Translations under genes and position numbers: made by a program
Source of the DNA: Promethearchaeota archaeon
GTDB lineage: Archaea > Asgardarchaeota > Lokiarchaeia > Sigyniarchaeales > SOKP01
Length of the DNA: 64,000 bases
Direction of reading: 5' to 3'
Assembly (NCBI GenBank): GCA_048941285.1
Contig: JBHLNS010000004.1
Location: forward strand, 32,001 to 96,000
Notes under the pieces: generated by a model
Seen by the model: only the letters and a program-made list of their open reading frames with translations
Databases searched by the model: none
Told to the model about the DNA's origin: nothing
Shown: positions 51,775 through 61,709 of the stretch, one piece after another
How the letters are laid out: every line of letters begins with the position of its first letter
How positions within the stretch are numbered: the stretch's first letter is position 1

Positions 51775-52488
51775 ATGGGCATTCGTAAGATAGAAGATGA
51801 GATTGACTTAAAGGAAGCAATGAAAAAAAAAGCAACAGAGCTTAAAATGAAAGATCTCCAAGCAAAAGCATCTGTTGAAAAATTTACAAAAGATAAACTA
51901 CAAGATTTAGCAAGAAGACATGGTGTTTTGTTAGCTCTAACACCAGAATTGAGAGAAGAGGTAAAAGATTTACAAAAAAAATATAATATTCCTTCTTCAA
52001 AAATCATTACTGATCAAATTACAGAACATGATGTACTGAAAAAATTCTCCAAAATTGACTATCAAAAATTAGGGATGTTGGCATATCAAAGAGTCTTAAT
52101 GAGTAAGGAAGAAACAGGAGGAATAATTCCATTATCAGAAGTATTTGAACTAGTAAATACAGGAATATTGAAAGGAAATATAAGTGTCAAGGATGTTGAG
52201 AAAGCTTTGAAACTCTTGAAAAAAACAAGAGTAATTGAGGATATTACTCAATTAGATTCAGGAGGTATTATCGTACGATTCTTTCCGATTCAATATACTG
52301 CTGATGAATCAAAAGTTGTTGAGTTAGCAAAAGAAAGAGGAGTTCTTACTTTGGAAGATGTCTGTTCTAATTTGGGATGGTCTCAAGATAGATCGCTAAG
52401 AGCATTAGAATCACTTGAAAAAACAGGAACTGCGAAATTCAGGGAAAATATTTTAACAGGGAAGCAATGGTACTTTCCATCTTTATAA
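51775..52488 (+). CDS. ESCRT-II Vps22/Vps36-like (EAP30) protein
   Basis: ETGGIIPLSE, DVEKALKLL, LGWS..R...ALE.L...G, WYFPSL; ESCRT gene context. Confidence 0.8.
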   Translation: MGIRKIEDEIDLKEAMKKKATELKMKDLQAKASVEKFTKDKLQDLARRHGVLLALTPELREEVKDLQKKYNIPSSKIITDQITEHDVLKKFSKIDYQKLGMLAYQRVLMSKEETGGIIPLSEVFELVNTGILKGNISVKDVEKALKLLKKTRVIEDITQLDSGGIIVRFFPIQYTADESKVVELAKERGVLTLEDVCSNLGWSQDRSLRALESLEKTGTAKFRENILTGKQWYFPSL

Positions 52489-52502
52489 GAAATAGATGAT
52501 TT

Positions 52503-53405
52503 TTACTCTAATCTAATTTTAAATGCTAACTGTCCATTTTCTAATTTTAAAATTTTAGCTTTCCGGTTTTTAGCTAAAATTCTAAATATTTCTTCAAGAT
52601 CCTCAAGTGGAAGGGAACTAAAATCCTCTTGTTTTGCTTCTCTTAATTCATATATCATAATTGGCTCAATCTTTCCATTCTCATAACACCAATTATAAAT
52701 TTCATCTGACCATGCTTCTAAAGTTTTCCAATATATTCTTAGTCTCTTTTTTTCCTTTGAAATCCATTTTGCTTGATTTTGACTAATTAATTCTTCAGCG
52801 ATTTCTTTTATGTATTCTTCTCTTTTTGTGAAATTTAAAAATGGTTTTCTAGAGCTTACTTCTCTAATGTAAATAATATGAAGAACAGCAAATCTCGCAT
52901 AATCGAAAAGGACTTTTGCCCACTCTATTTTCCAAGAAGTATAATCACTTTTATTCTCCTTTTTATTTGGCATTGAATACATGAATTTTTTTCTTTCTTC
53001 TTCAAGCCAAGGATAAGCTTTCAATAAATTTTCATAAGCAGTTAACTTTTTTTCGATTAATCCTTTTTCACCAAGAATTTCCTCCTCAAGGGTTTGAAGT
53101 TCTTCTTCTACCTGTTCAGCGTGTTGCCGATATAATTTCTGATCTATTTCTCCTAATTTTGAGGAGAGTATATTTTCCAGTTTATCAAATTCTTCTTCTA
53201 AATAATTTAATTCAGTAGATTTAATTTCTTCTTCATTAATGATTTGCTTTTGGGTTGCTTCAATTTCTAATTGTTCTTTCTCTTTTTTTAATAGTCTTAA
53301 TCTAGCTAATTCTTTCCTTAATTCTTCTAACTCCTTTTCAGCTTTTTCCTTGACAGCTTCAGGTATTTCTGCAGGTTTTTCTCTCTGTCTCTCCATTTCA
53401 ACCAT
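52503..53405 (-). CDS. ESCRT-II Vps25-like protein with N-terminal coiled coil
   Basis: W..EW..VL and IYWKTLEAWSDEIYNW winged-helix motifs; operonic with vps4. Confidence 0.75.
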   Translation of the reverse strand: MVEMERQREKPAEIPEAVKEKAEKELEELRKELARLRLLKKEKEQLEIEATQKQIINEEEIKSTELNYLEEEFDKLENILSSKLGEIDQKLYRQHAEQVEEELQTLEEEILGEKGLIEKKLTAYENLLKAYPWLEEERKKFMYSMPNKKENKSDYTSWKIEWAKVLFDYARFAVLHIIYIREVSSRKPFLNFTKREEYIKEIAEELISQNQAKWISKEKKRLRIYWKTLEAWSDEIYNWCYENGKIEPIMIYELREAKQEDFSSLPLEDLEEIFRILAKNRKAKILKLENGQLAFKIRLE

Positions 53406-53414
53406 CGAATTTTA

Positions 53415-54629
53415 TTATATTTCTCCGAATTCTTCTGCCCATTCGTTATATTGCTTTAACATCATTTTAGTTGTCATTGGTTTGACTTTCTTAAGAGTCT
53501 TCTTAAAATCTTTTAAATCTATATCTCTTACATTAACTTCTTTGTCAGAATCTTCTAAAAGGCCGCTCATGTCTAACTCACGTACAGGTAGCATTATAAC
53601 TTCACGACAAATATTTGCAATATCCCGACCTGAATATCCTTCAGTTCTTACTGCTAATTCAACGAAATCTTCATCTGTTAATGCAGAATTAACTCCTTCT
53701 GTGTGAATTTTAAAGATTCCTGCTCTTGCTTTTAAATCAGGAAGAGGTACATGCACTCTTTTTTCAAACCTACTCAACATTGCATTATCAATATCCCAAG
53801 GTCGATTAGTTGCTCCTAAAACTAATAATGGTTTGTCATAAGTTGATTTTAATCCTTGTATTTCGCTTAAAAGTTGAGTTTTTACCCTCCTTTCACCACC
53901 ACTTTCTGAGCCTTCTCCCCGTTTTGTGGCAACTGAGTCTATTTCATCCATGAATATCAAACTTGGTGCTTTTAATCGGGCAACTTTGAATAAAGAACTT
54001 ATTAGCTTTTCACTTTCCCCTAACCATTTACTCAATAAATCTGCAGATGATGCACTAAAAAAGGTTGCCTTACATTCAGTAGCAGCAGCTTTAGCCAATA
54101 ATGTCTTCCCACATCCTGGTGGTCCGAATAGCAAAATACCAGACCAAGGTTTTCTAGCACCTGTAAATAATTGTGGTTTCATAATAGGTAAAACTATTGC
54201 TTCCCTCAAAGCTTGCTTAACATTATCCAAACCAGCAATGTCTTCCCATTTTATATTTGGAGATTCTGTAACGATTGTGCCTGATATAGTATCAATAAGT
54301 TCTTGTTCTTCTGAGGATACAGCAACAGATGCAGAATCAGTACTCCCTTCATCTTTCACTGTATTTGCTTTAGGTACATATCTAGCACTTCTAGGGCCAC
54401 CCAGATGAGATTTTAGAATTTTAGCACGTTCAACATATTCTTCAATATTTCGTTTACAGAGATTTCTCATTTGTGGGTTTTTATTATATTGCATAAACTG
54501 CATAAGAATTTCAGCTGCTCTCTGATACTTATTAATAGCTTGTCTATATTTTCCTTGATTATCTAAAGCAACTGCTTCCTTAGCTGTTTGAACGGCATAT
54601 TGATAGAGTTTCGAATCTACAGAGGACAT
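53415..54629 (-). CDS. vps4: Vps4-like AAA ATPase with MIT domain
   Basis: MIT (AVALD..G.Y..A...Y), GILLFGPPGCGKT, SKWLGESEK, DEID, ATNRPW, EEFG. Confidence 0.9.
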   Translation of the reverse strand: MSSVDSKLYQYAVQTAKEAVALDNQGKYRQAINKYQRAAEILMQFMQYNKNPQMRNLCKRNIEEYVERAKILKSHLGGPRSARYVPKANTVKDEGSTDSASVAVSSEEQELIDTISGTIVTESPNIKWEDIAGLDNVKQALREAIVLPIMKPQLFTGARKPWSGILLFGPPGCGKTLLAKAAATECKATFFSASSADLLSKWLGESEKLISSLFKVARLKAPSLIFMDEIDSVATKRGEGSESGGERRVKTQLLSEIQGLKSTYDKPLLVLGATNRPWDIDNAMLSRFEKRVHVPLPDLKARAGIFKIHTEGVNSALTDEDFVELAVRTEGYSGRDIANICREVIMLPVRELDMSGLLEDSDKEVNVRDIDLKDFKKTLKKVKPMTTKMMLKQYNEWAEEFGEI

Positions 54630-54826
54630 AATAACTAAATCAAAACAATTTTTCTATTTAAAGCTAATCTAATCTGATAATTAATAATAATAATTTTATT
54701 AGTATATATCAAATTTTCTGTTAAAACAACGAGAATAATCTCAATCGATATTAAATAATTATTGGTCTCCAAAAATAATTATATAAGACCGAAGTTTTAT
54801 ATATATTATATAATTACTAATAATTT

Positions 54827-55462
54827 TTGATGAATATGGGTTTTCTAAAAGATCTCTCTGGTTGGTTAAGTGGAGGGAAAAAAAAAGACACGGTAAGGAC
54901 CGCAACAGTCAAATTAAAAGTGTTTAATAAACGCTTAATGAGACAGACTAAAAAAATGGAGATGTCAGCAAAATTAGCTAGAGATAAAGCTGTAAATCTC
55001 CGAAAACAGGGTGATATGCAAGGTTCAGAATTTCACGCACGAAATTATCTCCAAGTAAAAAAGCAAGCACGTGCAATTGACCTCTTCAGAACAAATCTCG
55101 AGGGAATGGTCTTCAAATTAGAACAGGCTCATGCTGTTAAGGATGTTGCAGAAATAATGAGGGGAATTGCTTCAAGTCTAGGTGCTTTAAAAAATCAACT
55201 TTCTATACCTCAACTTACAGAATTGATGACTTCTATTGGTGTTGATATGGAAGATTTCGCTGTTACAGAGGAACTTACAACTGATGGTATCAATGATATA
55301 ATGGTTGACACTGCTGTTACTGATACAGATGTTAAGGAGGTTTTAGGGGAAATAGATGCTGAAATCCAAGTAGAAATGGGTGTTGCACTACCCACAGCAG
55401 GATCTGATGAGAAAATAGCCGAATTAGAGAAAGAGCTGAATCGTCTTAAATCAGATGAGTAA
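54827..55462 (+). CDS. ESCRT-III (Snf7 family, Vps2/24/46-like) subunit
   Basis: Basic N-half, acidic C-half, N-terminal amphipathic MGFLKDLSGWL, C-terminal MIM1-like ELEKELNRLK. Confidence 0.85.
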   Translation: MMNMGFLKDLSGWLSGGKKKDTVRTATVKLKVFNKRLMRQTKKMEMSAKLARDKAVNLRKQGDMQGSEFHARNYLQVKKQARAIDLFRTNLEGMVFKLEQAHAVKDVAEIMRGIASSLGALKNQLSIPQLTELMTSIGVDMEDFAVTEELTTDGINDIMVDTAVTDTDVKEVLGEIDAEIQVEMGVALPTAGSDEKIAELEKELNRLKSDE

Positions 55463-55612
55463 TTAATTACTTTTATTAAATTTATATTAATTTTCTTATA
55501 GTTTCTGGTATTTTCTATTTTTAATTTTAAAATTAAAATATAAAAGAATTTTATTTATGATTAAATGATAATATATCATAATTAATCTAATTCGAAACAT
55601 ATTATATGTAAA

Positions 55613-56173
55613 ATGTCACAATATTCTTTTAAAGTAATTATAGTTGGGCCCCCAGCAGTAGGTAAGACAAGCCTTCTAAATAGATTTGTAAACAACGAGT
55701 TTGATTTAAGTTACAAACTAACTATTGGCGTTGATTTTTTAACAAAAAATATAGAATATGAACCATCAAAAATAGCAAAACTCCAAATATGGGATATAGG
55801 TGCTCAAGACCGATTCAAATTTCTGCATCGAAGTTTTTACGAAGGTGCTTTTGGAGCATTGGTTGTATTTGATCTTTCTAGACAACAGACATTTATGGGT
55901 ATGAAGACATGGGTTTCTGAGATGCGTAGTATTTTGCCAGATAACATTCCTAAAATTATCATTGGAAATAAATGCGATCTAATTCCCGATGTTGGACAGG
56001 TTATAGATAGAAATGAAGTAGAAGAATATATAAAAAAAGAAGGCTGTAGATATATTGAAACTTCGGCCAAAACAGGAGATAATGTTGAGAAGGCTTTTTA
56101 CGAGCTTACTCAAAACATGGTACAGAGAATGGTAAATATTATTAGCAGTAATAAAGAAAGACAAATGAATTAA
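55613..56173 (+). CDS. Rab-like small GTPase
   Basis: GPPAVGKT, TIGVDF, WDIGAQ, NKCD, ETSAK; no C-terminal Cys. Confidence 0.9.
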   Translation: MSQYSFKVIIVGPPAVGKTSLLNRFVNNEFDLSYKLTIGVDFLTKNIEYEPSKIAKLQIWDIGAQDRFKFLHRSFYEGAFGALVVFDLSRQQTFMGMKTWVSEMRSILPDNIPKIIIGNKCDLIPDVGQVIDRNEVEEYIKKEGCRYIETSAKTGDNVEKAFYELTQNMVQRMVNIISSNKERQMN

Positions 56174-56296
56174 CCACAAAAAATTAATTTTAAATCTTTA
56201 CCAAAAATTCTCTAATAATATTTTCTTAGCAAAATTATTAAAAGACTATTTTCTATTTTAAACTTATTCTATATATCAATGTTATATATTTAATTA

Positions 56297-57319
56297 GTGA
56301 AATTTATGGATTATCCAGAATTAATCACCATCGGAAGCAATACCTTAGATATATTGATTGAAATCGATGATATCTTGCGCTTTGAATTATTCGATAAAGA
56401 AATCATAAAAAAGTACACTGCTATTGAATATTCTCGAAAATTGAATGTTAAAAATGTTAGATTTGTACCAGGAGGGTCAGGTGCCAATATCGCAGCAAAT
56501 TGTTCGATGTTGGGTATAAAAACTGCATTTATTGGTGTAATGGGTAGTGATTTTTCAGCAGAAATTTGTTTAACTGATATGAAAAAAAGAGGTGTAGATT
56601 TATCTAAAGTAATTCAAACTGATAAAGATACAACAGCATTATCAATTATATTAAAAACTCCATGGGGAAAAGATAGAAGCATCCTTGCCTATAAGGGTGC
56701 AAATAATCTCTTAAAACCCTCAGATGTTAATGAAGAACTTTTTAGTAATATTAAAGCATTTGCTTGGACCTCTTTAACTAAAGATGATGCTTGTAAAGCT
56801 ATAGAAAAAGCGATAACTCTTACAAAGGATAAGGGTGGTATGATTTTCGCTGCTCCAAGTATGTCAATTATTAAAAATGCTCCTAATTGGGCAAAAATCC
56901 TTATTTCTAATTCAGATGTAGTATCGATGAATTTAGAAGAGGCTCAAGAATTTACAGGAGAAAACAAAAAAACTCTTATGATTAAAAACTTCTTGGAGAT
57001 GGGAATTAAACTGATTTCTATAACTGATGGCCCAAATGGGTCAATCATATCAGATGGAAAGACAATAATAAATAGCGGAGTTTACAGTGCGGGAAAAGTT
57101 GAAGATACTACTGGAGCGGGTGACGCTTTTCTAGCTGGAATCTTAGTCTCTTGTTTAAATAATTTTTCTCTTGAAAAAACTTCAAAAATGGCTACAGCAA
57201 TGAGCTTCTTGGAATGCAAAGAAATTGGAGTTCGCGAAGGATTACCCAACAGTTTAGAAGAACTTGAAAACTTCATAAATAATAATACTATTAAACAAGT
57301 TATTTCGGAGATTATTTAA
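56297..57319 (+). CDS. PfkB family carbohydrate kinase
   Basis: GGSGANIA, DTTGAGDAF. Confidence 0.9.
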   Translation: MKFMDYPELITIGSNTLDILIEIDDILRFELFDKEIIKKYTAIEYSRKLNVKNVRFVPGGSGANIAANCSMLGIKTAFIGVMGSDFSAEICLTDMKKRGVDLSKVIQTDKDTTALSIILKTPWGKDRSILAYKGANNLLKPSDVNEELFSNIKAFAWTSLTKDDACKAIEKAITLTKDKGGMIFAAPSMSIIKNAPNWAKILISNSDVVSMNLEEAQEFTGENKKTLMIKNFLEMGIKLISITDGPNGSIISDGKTIINSGVYSAGKVEDTTGAGDAFLAGILVSCLNNFSLEKTSKMATAMSFLECKEIGVREGLPNSLEELENFINNNTIKQVISEII

Positions 57320-57352
57320 TTCTGTCAAAAAATATAAAATAGATGTTTTTGC

Positions 57353-58237
57353 ATGAAAAAGTCAAAATATTTAAGATCCGTTATAATTTTTTGTGTTTAT
57401 TGTATATTTTGGGTAGGAATTTCTATAGCAATGTCAAGAATTTTGGGTTATGGCGTAAATTTATCACCAATAATTCCTTTCAGAGATGCAGGCTTGGAAA
57501 TTGGATTTATTTCTATTCTATTTTTACCATTAGCATCAATAGTAGGGACATTAATAGGAGGATATTTGTTTACTCCATTATATCTATTTTCACACACAAA
57601 AATATTTAGAAATCGATATGAGTATGGAATTAATATTAAACCAAATTACGAAAAATTCAAATTTGCATCTCAAGGATTGTTTACTTCCTTAATGGCAATT
57701 AATATTTCTTTACTTTTATTGAATCCTGATTCAGTCCGCTTAATAATTGGAAATTTTAGCATTCTGCCTCAAAACTTAACACCTGATCATTATACAATCG
57801 CTTTTGTTATATTATTGGTTTTTACATTCGCTTTCACTAATTTATTATTCTCTCCTACTTGGTTTTTGATGGATTCAGGAATTCTTTATTCAAATAAAAT
57901 GAAATTAACTCAAACAAATAAACCTCTAGAAATTAGATCAGTAGGAAGATGGTATGAACAATTTTTAAAAGGGTATGCGGGCGTCTCTGTTTTACTTTCA
58001 TATATTGAGTTTATCACTATCTTTTTCATTGCAGCTGGTAATAATCTAGCATTATTTATTATTGAACTGATAATGTTTATCCCGTTTCCATTCATACTAA
58101 TTATTCCATCTATTCCTGCTTTAATTATATTAGATAAAATTAAAGAAAAAAGAAGTAATTACATTCTAAATAAGGCAAGAAAACTTGGAATTGCAGATAC
58201 AATGGAAGTTTCAACTACTCTTAAAGAAGAAATTTAA
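57353..58237 (+). CDS. Multi-pass membrane protein
   Basis: About 6 hydrophobic segments. Confidence 0.7.
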   Translation: MKKSKYLRSVIIFCVYCIFWVGISIAMSRILGYGVNLSPIIPFRDAGLEIGFISILFLPLASIVGTLIGGYLFTPLYLFSHTKIFRNRYEYGINIKPNYEKFKFASQGLFTSLMAINISLLLLNPDSVRLIIGNFSILPQNLTPDHYTIAFVILLVFTFAFTNLLFSPTWFLMDSGILYSNKMKLTQTNKPLEIRSVGRWYEQFLKGYAGVSVLLSYIEFITIFFIAAGNNLALFIIELIMFIPFPFILIIPSIPALIILDKIKEKRSNYILNKARKLGIADTMEVSTTLKEEI

Positions 58238-58318
58238 ATCCTATTCTTTTTGTTAATAGTCGCTTTTTTAGAATCATTAAATTTTAATTTTTTAATGTAT
58301 TCTTATTAATGTTACCAT

Positions 58319-58390
58319 GCGCTCTTAGTATAGTGGTAAGTATGCCAGGTTGCCAACCTGGCGACCCGGGTTCAATTCCCGGAGGGCGCA
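58319..58390 (+). tRNA. tRNA-Gly(GCC)
   Basis: Acceptor GCGCTCT/AGGGCGC, anticodon arm CCAGG-TTGCCAA-CCTGG, T arm CCGGG-TTCAATT-CCCGG; CCA not encoded, no intron. Confidence 0.95.
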
Positions 58391-58501
58391 TATTTTTAAC
58401 TATATCCTAACGGATATTTAATAAAAGGCGAAATGAAATGAATAAATTATTATACAAGTAAATTATATATTAATCTATTAATCCATTTTCTTTGTGCAAA
58501 A

Positions 58502-59518
58502 ATGAATGTAGATATATCAGATGGTATTGAAAGTGGGGATATTATAATTAAAGTGTTAACGACAAATACTTCAATGTCATCATTATTAACAGATGAAAAA
58601 TTTGAAGGGAAAGTAATACAACCTCATTCAAATGCGAGTAAATATATCGGAGAACATGGGCTTGCATTAAGTATAGAAATAACACAAGAAGACGAAATAA
58701 AAAAATATTTGCTGGATGCTGGGGGTCCTAAAAATTCAGTAATATCTAACGCGGAAGCTATGGGTATAGATTTCAAGGATTATAATAAACTAATCTTGAG
58801 TCATGGTCATATAGATCATTTTGGTGGTTTGATAAATATCCTACCCAAACTAAAAGAAGAATGTGAATTAATTTTAACCCCAGAATCTTATAATCAAAAC
58901 ATTATTTTAGTTCCAAAATCAAATCAAGATTTTTATTCTCCCGAAGTGTTAACAGAAAAATTCCATGAATTAGAAAAAGAAAATAAGTTTAGATTTAATA
59001 TTAAATTGCCATCGCTGAATAGAAAAATAATTGAAAACTTAATAGAGCAAAATAAACTTAAAATTACAATGACTCAAGATCCTATTAAATTATCCTCAGG
59101 GATCACGACAAGTGGAGAAATTGAAATTTTTGATGAGAATGAACTTACGAAAGGGATCTATTTAATGAAAAGTAGAAAAGAGTTTGCAAAAAACACCTTT
59201 AGAGACGAAATTTCAATTTATATTAATGTGAAGGATAAAGGACTTGTAGTAATTACCGGATGCGGGCATGTAGGAATCGTGAATACAATAAAACATGGCC
59301 AAAACTTAACGGGAATAAATAAAATATATGCTTTAATCGGTGGATTTCATAAAGAATGGGAAAAGATTGAAAATATTAAGGAATCCGTTCTATTTATTGA
59401 AAATTTAAATCCAGAAATAACTTGTGGGATGCATTGTACTGGATTTGAATTTAACAAAATTATGTCTAGACATCAATCTCATACGCTCGGTATTGTTGGA
59501 ACTGAATTTCATTTATAG
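58502..59518 (+). CDS. MBL-fold hydrolase (dihydropterin-RFA-P synthase-like family)
   Basis: EHGL, LSHGHIDHFGG, TGCGH, GGFH, HCTG. Confidence 0.85.
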   Translation: MNVDISDGIESGDIIIKVLTTNTSMSSLLTDEKFEGKVIQPHSNASKYIGEHGLALSIEITQEDEIKKYLLDAGGPKNSVISNAEAMGIDFKDYNKLILSHGHIDHFGGLINILPKLKEECELILTPESYNQNIILVPKSNQDFYSPEVLTEKFHELEKENKFRFNIKLPSLNRKIIENLIEQNKLKITMTQDPIKLSSGITTSGEIEIFDENELTKGIYLMKSRKEFAKNTFRDEISIYINVKDKGLVVITGCGHVGIVNTIKHGQNLTGINKIYALIGGFHKEWEKIENIKESVLFIENLNPEITCGMHCTGFEFNKIMSRHQSHTLGIVGTEFHL

Positions 59519-59591
59519 TCTGATATTTATTTTTTAGGTTTATATTACCTAGAACTTCTGTGAAGATATACATAGGATATGTACAAAATAG

Positions 59592-59728
59592 CGTGAAAGG
59601 TCTGTTTCACGAACTTTTAAAAAATTTTTCATCAAATTGTTTTTCATACAATTTAATATATAACATTGATTCAATGATAGAATGATATTTTAAAATATCT
59701 ACATTTTCGTGAGGCAAGGCACGAAAAT
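59592..59728. repeat. Two related inverted repeats in an intergenic region
   Basis: CGTGAAA-N6-TTTCACG (59592-59611) and ATTTTCGTG-N8-CACGAAAAT (59703-59728). Confidence 0.5.
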
Positions 59729-59858
59729 ATACAAGCTATAACTGAAGCTGTCCATAAATATAGAATATATCGAAAATAGGTTTAATTTTTTTTTTAAAAT
59801 TCTCTATTTTTATAATTGAATATTAATATTCCCTTCGAAACTCAACGTTAATTAGTAA

Positions 59859-60713
59859 TTACAATAATCCTAGGAGATCAGAAACTCCCCCAATTTTAGG
59901 AACCTCGATTTTAAAATAGTCACGAACAATATCAATTAAGAAAGTCAAATATGGTGTTGCTATTTTTTCATCATGCTTTTCTGAGATAAGATTAATCAAC
60001 ATTTTAGATGTTAATGGTTTTCCTTCCTGCTTTTGAATAAATTCTAGTATGGATGTAGAGTATTCATATGCTTTATTTATTTCATTTCTTAATATAATTA
60101 AACCTGCCATCAAATCATACTCTGCGAAGAATTTTTGGACTATAACGCGTTCATTCTCTAAGTCTTTTAGATTGATTACTTTATCCTTATCTCTGATAAC
60201 TTCCCTATTTTTAAAAACAAGATAATCTTCAAAATAATTTCTGTTTTTTTTATAATCCATTTCAGACATCATTTTTAAATCAAAATCGAAAGAATTCTGA
60301 GTAATATATTTAAAGAAATTGAGAATATGATTATAAAGAAACTCTTGATCAGAGAGTATCAATGTCTTCTTTCCAAGAAACATCGCTCTAAAAAGATAGG
60401 CCATTAATATATCGGGGATATTGAGTTTAATTAGATCGAACTTAATTGTATCCGTTTGGGGAGTAGGCATTTCTTTTGTTTTATTTTTAATTTCACTTTC
60501 AGGAAGTTCAATCTTAAAATCGGCTACTAAGCAATCTCTTACGACTAAATTCTTGTCTACATATGCGATAAATGAATGGTCGCATATCATACCTGCAGCT
60601 ATATTGATTGCTAAGAGTCCTTTAGTAACATTTTTAGTAGCCTCATCTGAAATCTCTATATGATCCCATTTCGTGCAGAGGGGACACCGAATTTCAATTC
60701 TCGCCATATTCAA
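59859..60713 (-). CDS. Hypothetical protein with N-terminal CxxC...CxH zinc finger
   Basis: CPLC...ICDHSF. Confidence 0.7.
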   Translation of the reverse strand: MNMARIEIRCPLCTKWDHIEISDEATKNVTKGLLAINIAAGMICDHSFIAYVDKNLVVRDCLVADFKIELPESEIKNKTKEMPTPQTDTIKFDLIKLNIPDILMAYLFRAMFLGKKTLILSDQEFLYNHILNFFKYITQNSFDFDLKMMSEMDYKKNRNYFEDYLVFKNREVIRDKDKVINLKDLENERVIVQKFFAEYDLMAGLIILRNEINKAYEYSTSILEFIQKQEGKPLTSKMLINLISEKHDEKIATPYLTFLIDIVRDYFKIEVPKIGGVSDLLGLL

Positions 60714-60853
60714 TCAGAAAATAAATTTTATTGAATATATATAACAAAAGTTATATTTGTTTTATTACAACCTTATGTTTCTATAATAAATGTTGTATTA
60801 TCACTTTATAAATTTGTTTTATAATAACTCATACTTTAAGTTACATAACAATC

Positions 60854-61333
60854 TTAAAGTCTCCGTACGCGCCCATAATTTCTCTCTATCAAATTTGCAA
60901 AAAGTAAACAAATTATTGCACTTATCACTTCTGCAGTTAAAAAAGCCATAGAATGAGATAAAAACAATACAGAGATAAAGAATGTGCTAAAAAAGAAAAT
61001 GTTAAACAAGATAAAAGTTATCAACAATGGTTTTGTAATTGGAAAATCTAAAAATTTTTTAAACTTTGTACTTCTGCTAATTGTTTTACGAAATCTACTT
61101 CTTAATTTTTCTCTTCTCTCGACTTGGGCATAACTCTCAAAAATTATAAGAGTAGCATAGAAGAGTGCTAACCAAATTCCAATAGGAATTAAAACTGCTA
61201 CAACATGGTTTCCCATAGATAAGAAATATTGACCAATATATATAAAATATAATTGGGATATCCCACTCATTCCTAATAACAGTAAAAGAATCCCAAAATA
61301 TTCCTTTGATGTCCATCGAATTCTTATTGGCAT
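60854..61333 (-). CDS. Four-TM membrane protein
   Basis: Four hydrophobic segments around a basic loop. Confidence 0.7.
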   Translation of the reverse strand: MPIRIRWTSKEYFGILLLLLGMSGISQLYFIYIGQYFLSMGNHVVAVLIPIGIWLALFYATLIIFESYAQVERREKLRSRFRKTISRSTKFKKFLDFPITKPLLITFILFNIFFFSTFFISVLFLSHSMAFLTAEVISAIICLLFANLIERNYGRVRRL

Positions 61334-61357
61334 ATTTCTGTTTCCTTACTTATTTAA

Positions 61358-61434
61358 TGGTGGGCCCGGCGCGATTTGAACGCACGACCTTCCGCACGTC
61401 AAGCGGACGTCATACCGAGCTAGACCACGGGCCC
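61358..61434 (-). tRNA. tRNA-Val(GAC)
   Basis: Reverse complement GGGCCCG...TCCGC-TTGACGT-GCGGA...GTTCAAATC...CGGGCCC-A-CCA; CCA encoded. Confidence 0.95.
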
Positions 61435-61709
61435 TTTTATTTAATGTTATGAATAATGTATTTAATCGTATGTAATTTATAATATTAAAAAATAAATATT
61501 TTATTAGTCCAAAGGTTTCACATTTTAAAACATTTATTTTTCATATTTTCGACTTAGATTTGTAAATCTCATATCATTTAATAAAATTACCCCATATAGC
61601 GTGTCTTATCAAATTAACAATTAGATGTTCAAATAAGTTAACTGAGTACCAAAACTTCCTAATGACAATTTGAACTCTTCTGAATAAAATCAGAAATAAA
61701 CCTTTTATA

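Noticed and set aside
1-56173. Eukaryote-like prenylation pathway (prenyltransferase repeats + ICMT-like + Rab)
   Set aside because: The genes are far apart, the repeat protein appears exported, and neither GTPase has a C-terminal CaaX or CC motif.
58319-61434. tRNA-bounded integrated element
   Set aside because: No integrase and no duplicated tRNA 3' end (att site) seen.
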